IMG/VR virus record: IMGVR_UViG_3300010043_000012 | Coordinates: 1-27,417 of that record | DNA from: a virus | Lineage: Duplodnaviria > Caudoviricetes | Length of the DNA: 27,417 bases | Reading direction: 5' to 3' (one strand) | The notes under the pieces: generated by a model | Databases searched by the model: none | The model's input: only the letters and a program-made list of their open reading frames with translations | Told to the model about the DNA's origin: nothing | Made by a program: the position numbers and the translations under genes | Shown: in pieces, positions 1-8,491 of the stretch | Numbering within the stretch: the first letter of the stretch is position 1 | Layout of the letters: each line of letters starts with the position of its first letter

Positions 1-1641
1 GGCGGGACAGGGGTAGGGACTTTAACTTTAAATGGTGTTATTTATGGGAATGGAACAGGAAATTTACAAGCAACTGCTCAAGGTGGAGCAAATACAATAT
101 TAACTGCGAATTCAGGTGCTCCTAGCTGGTCCTCTTCCCCTGTGATTGGAACGTCTGTTACAACTCCATCATTAATTGGTGGGACATCAGCATCTTCGAC
201 TTTAACATTAGAATCTACTTCTGGATCAGGAACAACCGATTCCATTCTTTTTAAAACAGCAAGCCAAACTGAAGCTGGACGCATAAATACAGGCGGAGAA
301 TGGATTATTGGTAAAGGGGAAGCATCAGCTACTCCGGTTGGGAATAACTTAAGAGCTCCTTCTGGATCTGGAAGTAATATTTCGGGAGGAGCATTGACAG
401 TAGAAGGAGGTCAATCTACAGGAAATGGCAACGGAGGGAATGTTGTATTTAAATATTCTGCTGCTGGAGTCGCCGGAAGCTCTTCTAATGCATATACAAC
501 AGCATTAACAATTGATGCTACAAATTTAATTGTTAATTCTGCAATTGGCATACAAGCTCCTAATTTCTTTTTAGCTGGCAGCTCTAGCGGATTGATTAAT
601 ATGAAACCACAAGCTGCGGCTGGAACTTATAATTTTAATTTACCTACTACAGCTGGTTCAGCCGGGTCTTTTTTATATTCTGGTGGCGGCGGTTCAACGG
701 CAATGAATTGGTTAGCACCAGGGGCGAGTGGAACTATTTTAACAGGGACGGGATCGACACCTGCTTATTCTGCTTCGCCTACTCTTACTACATCATTAAC
801 AGATCCATTAGTAATAGGTGGGACAGGCGCATCTTCTACCCTTACGTTACAATCTACATCCGGCGCCGGAACTTCAGATGCTATTATTTTTGATACTGCG
901 TCTCAAGCAGAAGCAGGTCGAATAACAACTTCTGGCAATTTTGTTATTGGTAGCGGAGAAGCAAGCGGCTCTCCATCTGGAGGAACGCTTAGGGCGCCTC
1001 AAGCATCAGGAACAAATATAACAGGAACAAATTTAACAATAGAAGGTGGTCAATCTACAGGAAATGCATATGGTGGTAAAATTTTATTACAGGTAACAAC
1101 ACCTGGATCTTCTGGAACGACATTAGCATCTTCTATCACGTCAATTACTGCATCTGCGAATGTCGCTGGTACAGGCGCTGGTACAGTTATTGGCAATAAT
1201 GACGCAACATCTACACCTTCTTTTGGCGCTATATTTTCTCCTAGCGGATCTGGAACTAATATAGGAGGAGGTACATTTTATATTCATGGAGGATCATCAA
1301 CAGGAAATGCAATAGGTGGAGATGTGGTTTTCCAAACAACTCAAGCTGGGACAAGTGGTACTTCTCAAAATTCTTATAATAATCAAATGATAATTCATGG
1401 ATCTAGTATAGGATGGGTTCAGGTTGCTAATTTTTTAGCAGTTGGAAATATTACGCCTACTGCTTCTCAAGGAGAAGTTGCTCTTCAGAAAATTACAGCA
1501 TCAGGGACAGCCCCTGGCGCAGGAAGTTTGAAATTTGAAACAGTTGCCGGTACACTTGCCGGAACATGCAAACTTATTGCGTATGCTGGTACATCTACAA
1601 CACCATCAACTATTCTAGACAATATTGGAGGAGGATGCTAA
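1..1641 (+). CDS. Tail fibre / receptor-binding-like protein, 5'-truncated by the window
   Basis: Frame 1 is open from base 1 (GGTGVGTLTLNGVIYGNGTG...), so the listed start at 142 is internal. G/S/T-rich beta-type sequence with an internal ~213-aa duplication and fibre-like motifs (YNFNLPTTAGSAG). Confidence 0.7.
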   Translation, partial: GGTGVGTLTLNGVIYGNGTGNLQATAQGGANTILTANSGAPSWSSSPVIGTSVTTPSLIGGTSASSTLTLESTSGSGTTDSILFKTASQTEAGRINTGGEWIIGKGEASATPVGNNLRAPSGSGSNISGGALTVEGGQSTGNGNGGNVVFKYSAAGVAGSSSNAYTTALTIDATNLIVNSAIGIQAPNFFLAGSSSGLINMKPQAAAGTYNFNLPTTAGSAGSFLYSGGGGSTAMNWLAPGASGTILTGTGSTPAYSASPTLTTSLTDPLVIGGTGASSTLTLQSTSGAGTSDAIIFDTASQAEAGRITTSGNFVIGSGEASGSPSGGTLRAPQASGTNITGTNLTIEGGQSTGNAYGGKILLQVTTPGSSGTTLASSITSITASANVAGTGAGTVIGNNDATSTPSFGAIFSPSGSGTNIGGGTFYIHGGSSTGNAIGGDVVFQTTQAGTSGTSQNSYNNQMIIHGSSIGWVQVANFLAVGNITPTASQGEVALQKITASGTAPGAGSLKFETVAGTLAGTCKLIAYAGTSTTPSTILDNIGGGC

Positions 1642-1642
1642 T

Positions 1643-2104
1643 ATGATAAAATATCTTATATATTTTACTTTTTTGAGTATTTTTATTATGTTGCCTTTCA
1701 CTTCTTCGGCAAATGCTTCCGGATTCTCTCCTCCTGTAAATGAAGATATGTCATGCTCATCTGTTGGCCAGGTTATATATTTTGCAGGGACCGGACAGGG
1801 GAATGCGAGTTATTCAAGTCCTGATTGGTCTTGTGGGGGGACGCCCATTTCAACATATAATTCATCTGGAACTGAAACAAATAAAAATCATATAGTAACT
1901 GGATCTACATCTCTTTCTTTAGGATCATCTACTGTAAATTTTTCAGGAAATTCTATTTTTTCTAATTCATCATCTTATATTTGTATAGGAAATGATACCA
2001 ACGGAAGCGCATTAGCTGTATCTTCTCAAAATCAATCTGGAGCACAAGTAAAATTTTTTGGCACTCTTAGTGATACGATAGCTTATATTTGTATAGGAAA
2101 TTAA
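1643..2104 (+). CDS. Small fibre-associated protein with a predicted Sec signal peptide
   Basis: ATG 1643 lies 8 nt after GGAGGAGG (1627-1634). The N-terminus MIKYLIYFTFLSIFIMLPFTSSANA looks like a signal peptide with an A-N-A cleavage motif. The C-terminal beta domain ends in YICIGN. Confidence 0.7.
   Translation: MIKYLIYFTFLSIFIMLPFTSSANASGFSPPVNEDMSCSSVGQVIYFAGTGQGNASYSSPDWSCGGTPISTYNSSGTETNKNHIVTGSTSLSLGSSTVNFSGNSIFSNSSSYICIGNDTNGSALAVSSQNQSGAQVKFFGTLSDTIAYICIGN
1974..2101 (+). repeat. Exact 20-bp direct repeat CTTATATTTGTATAGGAAAT (1974-1993 and 2082-2101)
   Basis: Read directly from the sequence. The copies are 108 bp apart, in frame, and both encode YICIGN. Confidence 0.9.
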
Positions 2105-2106
2105 AA

Positions 2107-4377
2107 TCATTTATGAGGGATAAGACTAACAACAGTCATCTTGCCAATTTTATGAACGATAGCAACCTCATTTTTTTCTAATTCCTTTAAACAATTAGAA
2201 AAATCTGAAGAGGTTTTCCCACAATAATTTTTCATTTTATCCCAAAGTTTCCGTCTTTGAATTGTAAATGGCGGCAGCCCTTTTTCATTATAAGATGATA
2301 GAATTAATTCTATTTTTTTAAAAATTTCATAATATCCTATATTATCAGACATATTGTTTTTTATTTCATTAAAAAATATATCAGATGATTGTTTGGATAA
2401 TTCAAATGCCCATCTTATATTTTCCTTACTGACAGATGGAGAAATAAAATTTTCGCAACAGGCCAAAATAGTTGCTATTTTTATTGTATTAAATGAAGTT
2501 CTAGCATAAATTTCTCCGATATCTTTATCTGAATCTATAAGAGAACAGCATTCTTTTTCTATAGAATAATATTCTAATTCAGATTCCTTGTCTTTCCAGG
2601 GAACTATATATATATCTGGTTTAGGAGATGTATTCTTATCGTGACTTCCGGACATATTACCATTTTTTGGAGCCCCTATCATGTATAAATTATACAAATC
2701 TCTTAATAATCCATCAGGTGGATTCTTAACAGATATCCTTTTATCCGGAGAAGAAAAGGTTCTCTCATCTCCCCCATCTATTAACATGAATCTATTAATA
2801 ATACCATTAGATATGTCCTTGCTTTTAATAGAATTAAATAACTGAGCGCTTGTTGTCATACAATATAAAGAAAGATGCGGAGCATAAACAGAGGTCGATG
2901 GCCTGGATCTTACGCCTCCTATTCTATAAATATTAAAATTATTTCCATATAATTTCCTTAGATGAGTTGATATTTGATTAATATAAGAAGGAGAATTCTT
3001 TGCTGTCATGTCACTTAATATTTGTCCAAATTCATCCTGAATTGATAAGGATAGAGGTTTATTTTGAATTAAATCTTCAATATATGCACCTGATTTAAAT
3101 TCACTATCAGCCATATGTTTTTCTAATTTAAGTTTATCTATAATAGAATTAATCGCTCGCTCTTGATGAGATTTCCCTCCACCTGTCGGATACGTTGCAA
3201 TAATATAAAGTTCAAGAGATCCTTCTGTTGGGGTACTTACACAGCGTCCTAACAACATAGATATTAGAGAAAGAGCTGCAGAAAGCGCTAACCATCTATT
3301 CCCTGTCGGCCCACTATCACAAATCCAATTTGTAAGATTTCCTAAGATTCCAGCCGGATATGATAAACTATCATCTAATTTATTTCTTTTTAAATTTATT
3401 TTTTCTATTGGCTTTTTGCAAGATACCTTTAAATCTATAATAATATTATCATTTTCTTCAAAATCTTCTTTCTGGAAAGAATCTGGATTTTTAGCAGGAT
3501 TAGACGTCCCGATTTTCCACCCACTTTTTATAGTTGCCTCGCATGCATATTTCCCATCTTCTTTTAATAATCCATTATGAGCACAGGCATCTAACAAGGC
3601 TTGCCGACAAATTGACTCAGTTATCCATCCTCTGGCTGAGAGACTGGCTAATCTTATAGCAGACTTATTTAATAAGTTGTTTCTACCTCCTTTCATACAA
3701 ATTTTAAGATCTTTAATTATATTATTTAAAGCAACTTGAGAATATTTTTCCATATTAGTATTAGTTGTTGACTTTTTAACTTGAATATTTTCTTGAAATT
3801 TATGAGAATGATCTTCTATTTTTATTATGCTTGATATTTCTGATAAGAATAAATCAATTTTTTCTTCAGATACAGATATTAGTTTATCTATTGGGACGCG
3901 GATTAGATCTATATTATTGAGCCATTCATAAAGCATTCCTTCTGGATGCACCCCATATCCTATAAAACTACGGCCATGACCTAAAATTTCTACAGCGCAT
4001 CCTGTATATTCATTATTGCCCAAAACTTGCTTTCTAGCTGGAGATCCTTCTAAAGCTTTATATAATATAAGATTTTTCCCAGTCCCAGATCGGGTCCGTA
4101 TAGGCCCTTTCCCTAAAAGTTCAAAAGCAATATTTCGGATATGAAGAGCAAGATCCATATCTTGAATATCAATATCGACTGCACGTAATCCATCACATAA
4201 AATTGCAGTTGACATACAATAAGGATATACAGGGCTTACAGCTGCCTCAGGCGGATTAGCGCGAGCGCGCTCAGTCCATTTTAATCCAACTGGTTTTTTT
4301 TGTTTTGTATAAACGGCAATAGGTCTATACCCATTTTTCCATAGAGATTCTCGCAATGTTTTTATATCATCTAACAT
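2107..4377 (-). CDS. Bifunctional Prim-Pol primase fused to a DUF3987-type P-loop helicase
   Basis: N-terminal AEP/Prim-Pol motifs (AVDIDIQD, VEILGHGRSFIGYGVHP), a helical GGRNNLLN..A..L domain, Walker A PTGGGKS and Walker B IQDEFG. ATG 4377 is preferred to TTG 4389. Confidence 0.85.
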   Translation of the reverse strand: MLDDIKTLRESLWKNGYRPIAVYTKQKKPVGLKWTERARANPPEAAVSPVYPYCMSTAILCDGLRAVDIDIQDMDLALHIRNIAFELLGKGPIRTRSGTGKNLILYKALEGSPARKQVLGNNEYTGCAVEILGHGRSFIGYGVHPEGMLYEWLNNIDLIRVPIDKLISVSEEKIDLFLSEISSIIKIEDHSHKFQENIQVKKSTTNTNMEKYSQVALNNIIKDLKICMKGGRNNLLNKSAIRLASLSARGWITESICRQALLDACAHNGLLKEDGKYACEATIKSGWKIGTSNPAKNPDSFQKEDFEENDNIIIDLKVSCKKPIEKINLKRNKLDDSLSYPAGILGNLTNWICDSGPTGNRWLALSAALSLISMLLGRCVSTPTEGSLELYIIATYPTGGGKSHQERAINSIIDKLKLEKHMADSEFKSGAYIEDLIQNKPLSLSIQDEFGQILSDMTAKNSPSYINQISTHLRKLYGNNFNIYRIGGVRSRPSTSVYAPHLSLYCMTTSAQLFNSIKSKDISNGIINRFMLIDGGDERTFSSPDKRISVKNPPDGLLRDLYNLYMIGAPKNGNMSGSHDKNTSPKPDIYIVPWKDKESELEYYSIEKECCSLIDSDKDIGEIYARTSFNTIKIATILACCENFISPSVSKENIRWAFELSKQSSDIFFNEIKNNMSDNIGYYEIFKKIELILSSYNEKGLPPFTIQRRKLWDKMKNYCGKTSSDFSNCLKELEKNEVAIVHKIGKMTVVSLIPHK

Positions 4378-4392
4378 TATAATTCTCAACGG

Positions 4393-4809
4393 TCAAATAT
4401 TCCATAACTTTAATTGATTCGAATATTCTAAAAATATATCTTTTATTATATCTGATAATATTTCATCTTTTCTTATTGACTCACATAAATCATCAAATGA
4501 AATATTATCTAATTGTCTTATATCAAAAATATTTTTAGAATATATTGATTCTAAAAATAATGTAATAAATGATCTTATGTTTTTAGATATAGCTATCCTT
4601 ATAGATATATCTTCTATTTCATTTAATTTCATTTTATTCATTGAATATACTCTATCCCATGTTTTAATCTCAAAACATTCTTCACATATCCACATTATAT
4701 CTGACAATTTTGAAAATTTTTTAGTTGTGATGCCATAATTATGGGCCATACATCCACAACATCCACATGCTGATGGTTTCCCAGATCTTTTTCCAAAAAT
4801 TACAGTCAT
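4393..4809 (-). CDS. Zn-finger protein between helicase and primase (possibly DUF6511-like)
   Basis: CGCC...CEEC motif. ATG 4809 overlaps the helicase TGA (ATGA) and follows GGGGAAAG. The family assignment is from memory and tentative. Confidence 0.65.
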   Translation of the reverse strand: MTVIFGKRSGKPSACGCCGCMAHNYGITTKKFSKLSDIMWICEECFEIKTWDRVYSMNKMKLNEIEDISIRIAISKNIRSFITLFLESIYSKNIFDIRQLDNISFDDLCESIRKDEILSDIIKDIFLEYSNQLKLWNI

Positions 4810-6485
4810 TCTTTCCCCATATAAGAAATCTTTAATGATTCTGGAAGACAAAAAGTATTTCCAGAACGTGAAAATTTTCTATTTGTAACTCTCTTAAAGC
4901 CATTTTCGAATTTTATTTTTATTTTAATATTTTTTAAATAGACTTCCTTCCAGTATTCAATGCATTTTTTTATAATATTTAATTCAGAATTTGAATATAA
5001 AATTTTTTGCCCAGTCATACCCTCCCACCATAAAATAGCCCTTTCTTTAGCATATCCTGTATTTTCAAAAAGAAGATATTCATTATATATGCTCAATCCG
5101 CATATATATGATATTTTTATACATTTATTCCCTGCCTTTGATGTATGCTCTTTTATATATATTTTATCTACATCTATCCATTTTTCCTCTATTTCTTGCT
5201 TTAATACTCCCATCTCTATATCTGCATATTTAGATATAATAGATGATTCCCTCTCAAATAGATGATTACATTCTGGGCAAGTCTTTGCATATTTATTTAT
5301 TAAATAATTACATTCTGGACATTCTTTAGAATTAACATCATCTTCTTTAGCTCTTTTATTTTTAAAATCAATATTTCTTGATTTATTTTCAATAGCATCT
5401 ACAGGGCCATGTCGTCTTATATTCCCAGAATAATCAAGAACAAGCGTAAAATTTTTTTCATCATGAGGTCTTGTTCCTCTTCCTAGCATTTGTACATATA
5501 ACCCAGCAGAAAGAGTCGGGCGCATCATAGATATAGAATCTATAATGGGGGCATCAAACCCAGTCGTTAAAATGTTAGCGTTTGTCAAGTATTTGAATTT
5601 ATTGCTTTTAAATTCATTTATAATTCTATCTCTTTGTAACTGATGTACCTTCCCAGTGATGCATTCTGCGCTTTCTCCAAGAGACAAAAGATAATCTTTA
5701 ACTTGATGAGCATGCTGTACCCCCGAACAAAAAACAAGACAGGATCTTCTTTTTGAAATTCGTTTTACCATATCTTCACATGAAGCATTCAATATATTGG
5801 GATCTAACGCCCTCCCTTCAACTGAAGATAGAATAAAATCTCCATTAGATTTCCCGATCCCCCTCACATCAATTTCTATTTTTCCTGCCATAGATTTTAT
5901 TGGGCAAAGGAATCCATCTCTTATTCCTTCAGTTATTCCGTAAGAATATATAAGATCATCAAATGGGCAATCTTTTCCATAAAGTAACCCCCCCTCTAAT
6001 CTATATGGAGTTGCCGTGAATCCTGCAATTTTAAGATCATCATTATAAGACTTGAATCTTTTAAATAATGATCTATATCTTCCATCTCCTATGTGGGGGA
6101 TTAGATGAGCTTCATCAATTAAAAATACATCTCTTTTCCCTATTGTATGGATGTCTTCATTTGCAATAGATTGGATAGATGCAAAAAGAATCTGATTTCG
6201 TTTATTTCTTAGTCCTAAGGAAGCAGAATTGACGCCTAAAGGGGCAGATGGCCAAATTTTTAACATTGTGCTTGAATTTTGAGCAACCAGCTCTTTGACA
6301 TGTGTTAAAATTAAAATTTTTATATCATATTTTTCAACAAGATGCTTAACCAGCATTGCAAGAACAATAGACTTTCCTGTTCCTGTCGCCATTTCAACAA
6401 GAGGGTTCCCCCCGCCCCTTTCCCAATAAGACAGTATAGACTGGACTGCTTTTTCCTGATAAGGGCGGAGGGTTATCATATGCAT
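4806..6485 (-). CDS. Superfamily 2 DEAH helicase (RadD/YejH-like) with C-terminal Zn ribbon
   Basis: LRPYQ Q-motif, ATGTGKS, DEAH, TATP, TGFDAP, QMLGRGTR and CPEC...CPEC. Confidence 0.93.
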   Translation of the reverse strand: MHMITLRPYQEKAVQSILSYWERGGGNPLVEMATGTGKSIVLAMLVKHLVEKYDIKILILTHVKELVAQNSSTMLKIWPSAPLGVNSASLGLRNKRNQILFASIQSIANEDIHTIGKRDVFLIDEAHLIPHIGDGRYRSLFKRFKSYNDDLKIAGFTATPYRLEGGLLYGKDCPFDDLIYSYGITEGIRDGFLCPIKSMAGKIEIDVRGIGKSNGDFILSSVEGRALDPNILNASCEDMVKRISKRRSCLVFCSGVQHAHQVKDYLLSLGESAECITGKVHQLQRDRIINEFKSNKFKYLTNANILTTGFDAPIIDSISMMRPTLSAGLYVQMLGRGTRPHDEKNFTLVLDYSGNIRRHGPVDAIENKSRNIDFKNKRAKEDDVNSKECPECNYLINKYAKTCPECNHLFERESSIISKYADIEMGVLKQEIEEKWIDVDKIYIKEHTSKAGNKCIKISYICGLSIYNEYLLFENTGYAKERAILWWEGMTGQKILYSNSELNIIKKCIEYWKEVYLKNIKIKIKFENGFKRVTNRKFSRSGNTFCLPESLKISYMGKE

Positions 6486-6910
6486 TATTCTTTTATCAAG
6501 GAAAGCCCTAATTTTTTAGCTTTGACTATTTTTGAAATAGGGCAATCAATAGATGTCCAAAAACTAGTCTCTTTTATTGAAACACCTGATTTAATGAGAG
6601 ACAAAATTTGAGCCATAGACATAATAAAAAATTTTCTCCATTCTTTATACTCTTCTAATGTTACGCCCTGTATTTTTGCATCAATCATATTCCTTACAGA
6701 TAATCCTAATTCCTTCCATTCAGGAAAGCTTTCAATTCCAATATTTTTTTTCTTGGCAAGGACCATGTCTTTTACAGATGCATTTTCCTCTTGCCAAGGC
6801 AAGAAGTCATTAGGAGTTAACCTTAAATCATGGGCCTTTAAAACCCATTTTTCATCGAAGAGCCACATATTCGGTATTACTTTTGACCATTCTTTAATAA
6901 TATCAGACAT
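6485..6910 (-). CDS. Hypothetical phage protein
   Basis: 141-aa ORF translationally coupled by TAATG overlaps at both ends. Confidence 0.75.
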   Translation of the reverse strand: MSDIIKEWSKVIPNMWLFDEKWVLKAHDLRLTPNDFLPWQEENASVKDMVLAKKKNIGIESFPEWKELGLSVRNMIDAKIQGVTLEEYKEWRKFFIMSMAQILSLIKSGVSIKETSFWTSIDCPISKIVKAKKLGLSLIKE

Positions 6911-7224
6911 TATGCTGCCTCCATTACTTTAATTTCAGGAAGAGAACTTTTTATACGTACAACCATGCTTGTAGAAATTATTTCAAAATCTTTGCAAGAA
7001 TCACTCCCTAAAAATTCCTTTATTTTTTTCATATCGAGCCGAATAGAAATTTGTTCCGAAATAGTTAAAGAGTATTTTCCTCCTTTTATTGAAACAATAT
7101 CTCTTTGTATTAATTCATTTTTTATATTTTTCATTCTTTCCTCTATTGCTTTTGCTTGCAGAGAAAGATGCCCATATTCATCCGCTAATCGCTCTGATGA
7201 AATATTATGGAAATTTTTAGTCAT
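6910..7224 (-). CDS. Hypothetical phage early protein (coiled coil plus small beta domain)
   Basis: ATG 7224 is preceded by AGAAGAGG. The listed upstream extension to 7317 runs through the promoter. Sequence pattern LADEYG...AKAIEERMKNIKNEL...RLDMKKIK. Confidence 0.75.
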   Translation of the reverse strand: MTKNFHNISSERLADEYGHLSLQAKAIEERMKNIKNELIQRDIVSIKGGKYSLTISEQISIRLDMKKIKEFLGSDSCKDFEIISTSMVVRIKSSLPEIKVMEAA

Positions 7225-7282
7225 GACAAGAACCTCTTCTATGTTCTGACATTTAAAAAATTTAAATGCTTCAATGGGCGGA

Positions 7283-7310
7283 GGATTACAAATTAGGCAT
7301 GAAAAGTCAA
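7283..7310 (-). promoter_or_regulatory. Putative leftward sigma70 promoter (TTGACT-N16-TAATCC) overlapping the 18-bp repeat
   Basis: The minus strand reads TTGACTtttcATGCCTAATTTGTAATCC, about 55 nt upstream of the first gene of the replication operon. Confidence 0.55.
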
Positions 7311-7448
7311 TAGACATAATTAATCATTTTTTATTAACCTTAATTAAAATCAATCTTATTGCTTGATTTTATTGATTTTTTTCAATACATTTTTTTTATT
7401 GAAACATGGTAAATTTTTTTTGTTGACAATGGATTACAAATTAGGCAT
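7283..7448 (+). repeat. Exact 18-bp direct repeat GGATTACAAATTAGGCAT (7283-7300 and 7431-7448), putative operators
   Basis: Read directly. Each copy lies just downstream of a -35 box of one of the two divergent promoters. Confidence 0.85.
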
Positions 7449-7451
7449 ACA
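7423..7451 (+). promoter_or_regulatory. Putative rightward sigma70 promoter (TTGACA-N17-CATACA)
   Basis: Perfect -35 at 7423-7428. The predicted start site falls at or near the ATG at 7458. Confidence 0.6.
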
Positions 7452-7457
7452 TGATTC

Positions 7458-7691
7458 ATGAAATTAAGCATATGGATGATAGAAAACGATATGGATGATA
7501 AAGCATTCGCAAAACGAATGGGGGTATCTATTTATGGAGTTCAAAAATGGAGATTAGGAGTCAGCGTACCAAGAGCTACTCAACTTTTGAAAATATTAGA
7601 AATCACAGCTGGAGAAGTTACGCCTAATGATTTTTTTTGGAAATATATTTCAAAAGTAGGAAGAAATGATGAAAAATACTCTAATGATTGA
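7458..7691 (+). CDS. Cro-like helix-turn-helix regulator
   Basis: MKLSIWM...FAKRMGVSIYGVQKWRLGVSVPR...ITAGEVTPNDF matches the Cro/YdaS-type pattern. First gene of the rightward operon. Confidence 0.85.
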   Translation: MKLSIWMIENDMDDKAFAKRMGVSIYGVQKWRLGVSVPRATQLLKILEITAGEVTPNDFFWKYISKVGRNDEKYSND

Positions 7692-7857
7692 TGCTATCAT
7701 TTTTTCCGGCATAGACATACAAGATGAGAGTAAGTGCATAATATATTTAATATCTATAGGATTTTTATGTAAGGAAATTATTAAAGATTTTGATAATTCT
7801 ATTATTTCAATAAAGAAGATGAGAAACTTTTTAAATGTGACGAAAGGTGATGTATAA
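7666..7857 (+). CDS. Small hypothetical protein
   Basis: 63-aa ORF filling the gap between the Cro-like and RusA genes, with AGGAAG upstream. Confidence 0.55.
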   Translation: MMKNTLMIDAIIFSGIDIQDESKCIIYLISIGFLCKEIIKDFDNSIISIKKMRNFLNVTKGDV

Positions 7858-7858
7858 G

Positions 7859-8368
7859 ATGATATATGTTAATTTACCTCTTCCTCCTTCTGTTAATAAT
7901 CTATGGCGATCCATATCAAGGAAATATGGGAAGATATCAGTTATAAAATCATCAAAATATAAAGAATGGTTACATTATGCAGGATCAGAATTAAATTCTC
8001 AAAAGCCTACCCCTGTTTGTGGAGAGTATTGTTTAGAAATCTTCCTTCCCGAAAATATGAAGGGAGATATCGATAATAGAATAAAAGCCATAAATGATCT
8101 TCTCGCTCAACATGGACTTATTGAGAATGACAGATTTAATAAAAGGCTTGTGGTAGATTTTGATAAAAATATATCAACAAGTAGATGTAAAATATATGTT
8201 TTTTCAAAAAACAGTGATGAGATTGATAAAATGGAAAGAGTAGAGCGATCTTTAGAAAGAGATACGAATGCCAGCCTTATAAAACTTACTAAAAACAGGC
8301 CTAAGCTTCATAAGATTGCTATAAATTCAGAAGAAAATAAAAGTGATGTAATATTAAATATTGATTGA
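7859..8368 (+). CDS. rusA: RusA-family Holliday junction resolvase
   Basis: LPLPPSVNNLW and GDIDNRIKAINDLL..HGLIEND motifs. ATG 7859 follows AAAGGTGA. Confidence 0.85.
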   Translation: MIYVNLPLPPSVNNLWRSISRKYGKISVIKSSKYKEWLHYAGSELNSQKPTPVCGEYCLEIFLPENMKGDIDNRIKAINDLLAQHGLIENDRFNKRLVVDFDKNISTSRCKIYVFSKNSDEIDKMERVERSLERDTNASLIKLTKNRPKLHKIAINSEENKSDVILNID

Positions 8369-8391
8369 ATTAAATATGCAATTATGTAGTT

Positions 8392-8477
8392 TGGTTGGGG
8401 CCTATTTATTAATCTTGGTCTGGAGTACGAGATAAAATAAACGAAAAGCCGTTTCTCTTCTAGCGGCGCCCCAATCA
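8392..8477 (+). ncRNA. Candidate three-way-junction structured RNA
   Basis: Closing stem TGGTTGGGGC (8392-8401) / GCCCCAATCA (8468-8477). Arm TTTATT-aATCTTG...CGAGAT-aa-AATAAA. Hairpin GCCGT (8448-8452) / GCGGC (8463-8467). GC-rich stems in an AT-rich intergenic gap. Confidence 0.55.
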
Positions 8478-8491
8478 TATATAAAAAGGAA

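Noticed and set aside
1-2104. Diversity-generating retroelement or shufflon acting on the fibre genes
   Set aside because: No reverse transcriptase, invertase, adenine-specific TR/VR pair or inverted crossover sites are seen in the window.
4960-7249. Plus-strand ORFs 4960-5265, 6342-6611 and 6965-7249
   Set aside because: Antisense to well-supported replication-operon genes, with the F/I/S-rich composition typical of reverse-complement shadows.
7320-7347. CtrA box (TTAA-N7-TTAA)
   Set aside because: The TTAA spacings here are not 7 (for example 6 and 10).
8415-8450. Possible hammerhead ribozyme (CGAAA junction)
   Set aside because: The required CUGANGA core is absent; the sequence has CTGGAGT, in a terminal loop.
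8397-8473. tmRNA-like ends (GGGGC...GCCCCA)
   Set aside because: No G3:U70 pair, no TTCRA T-loop and no tag reading frame.
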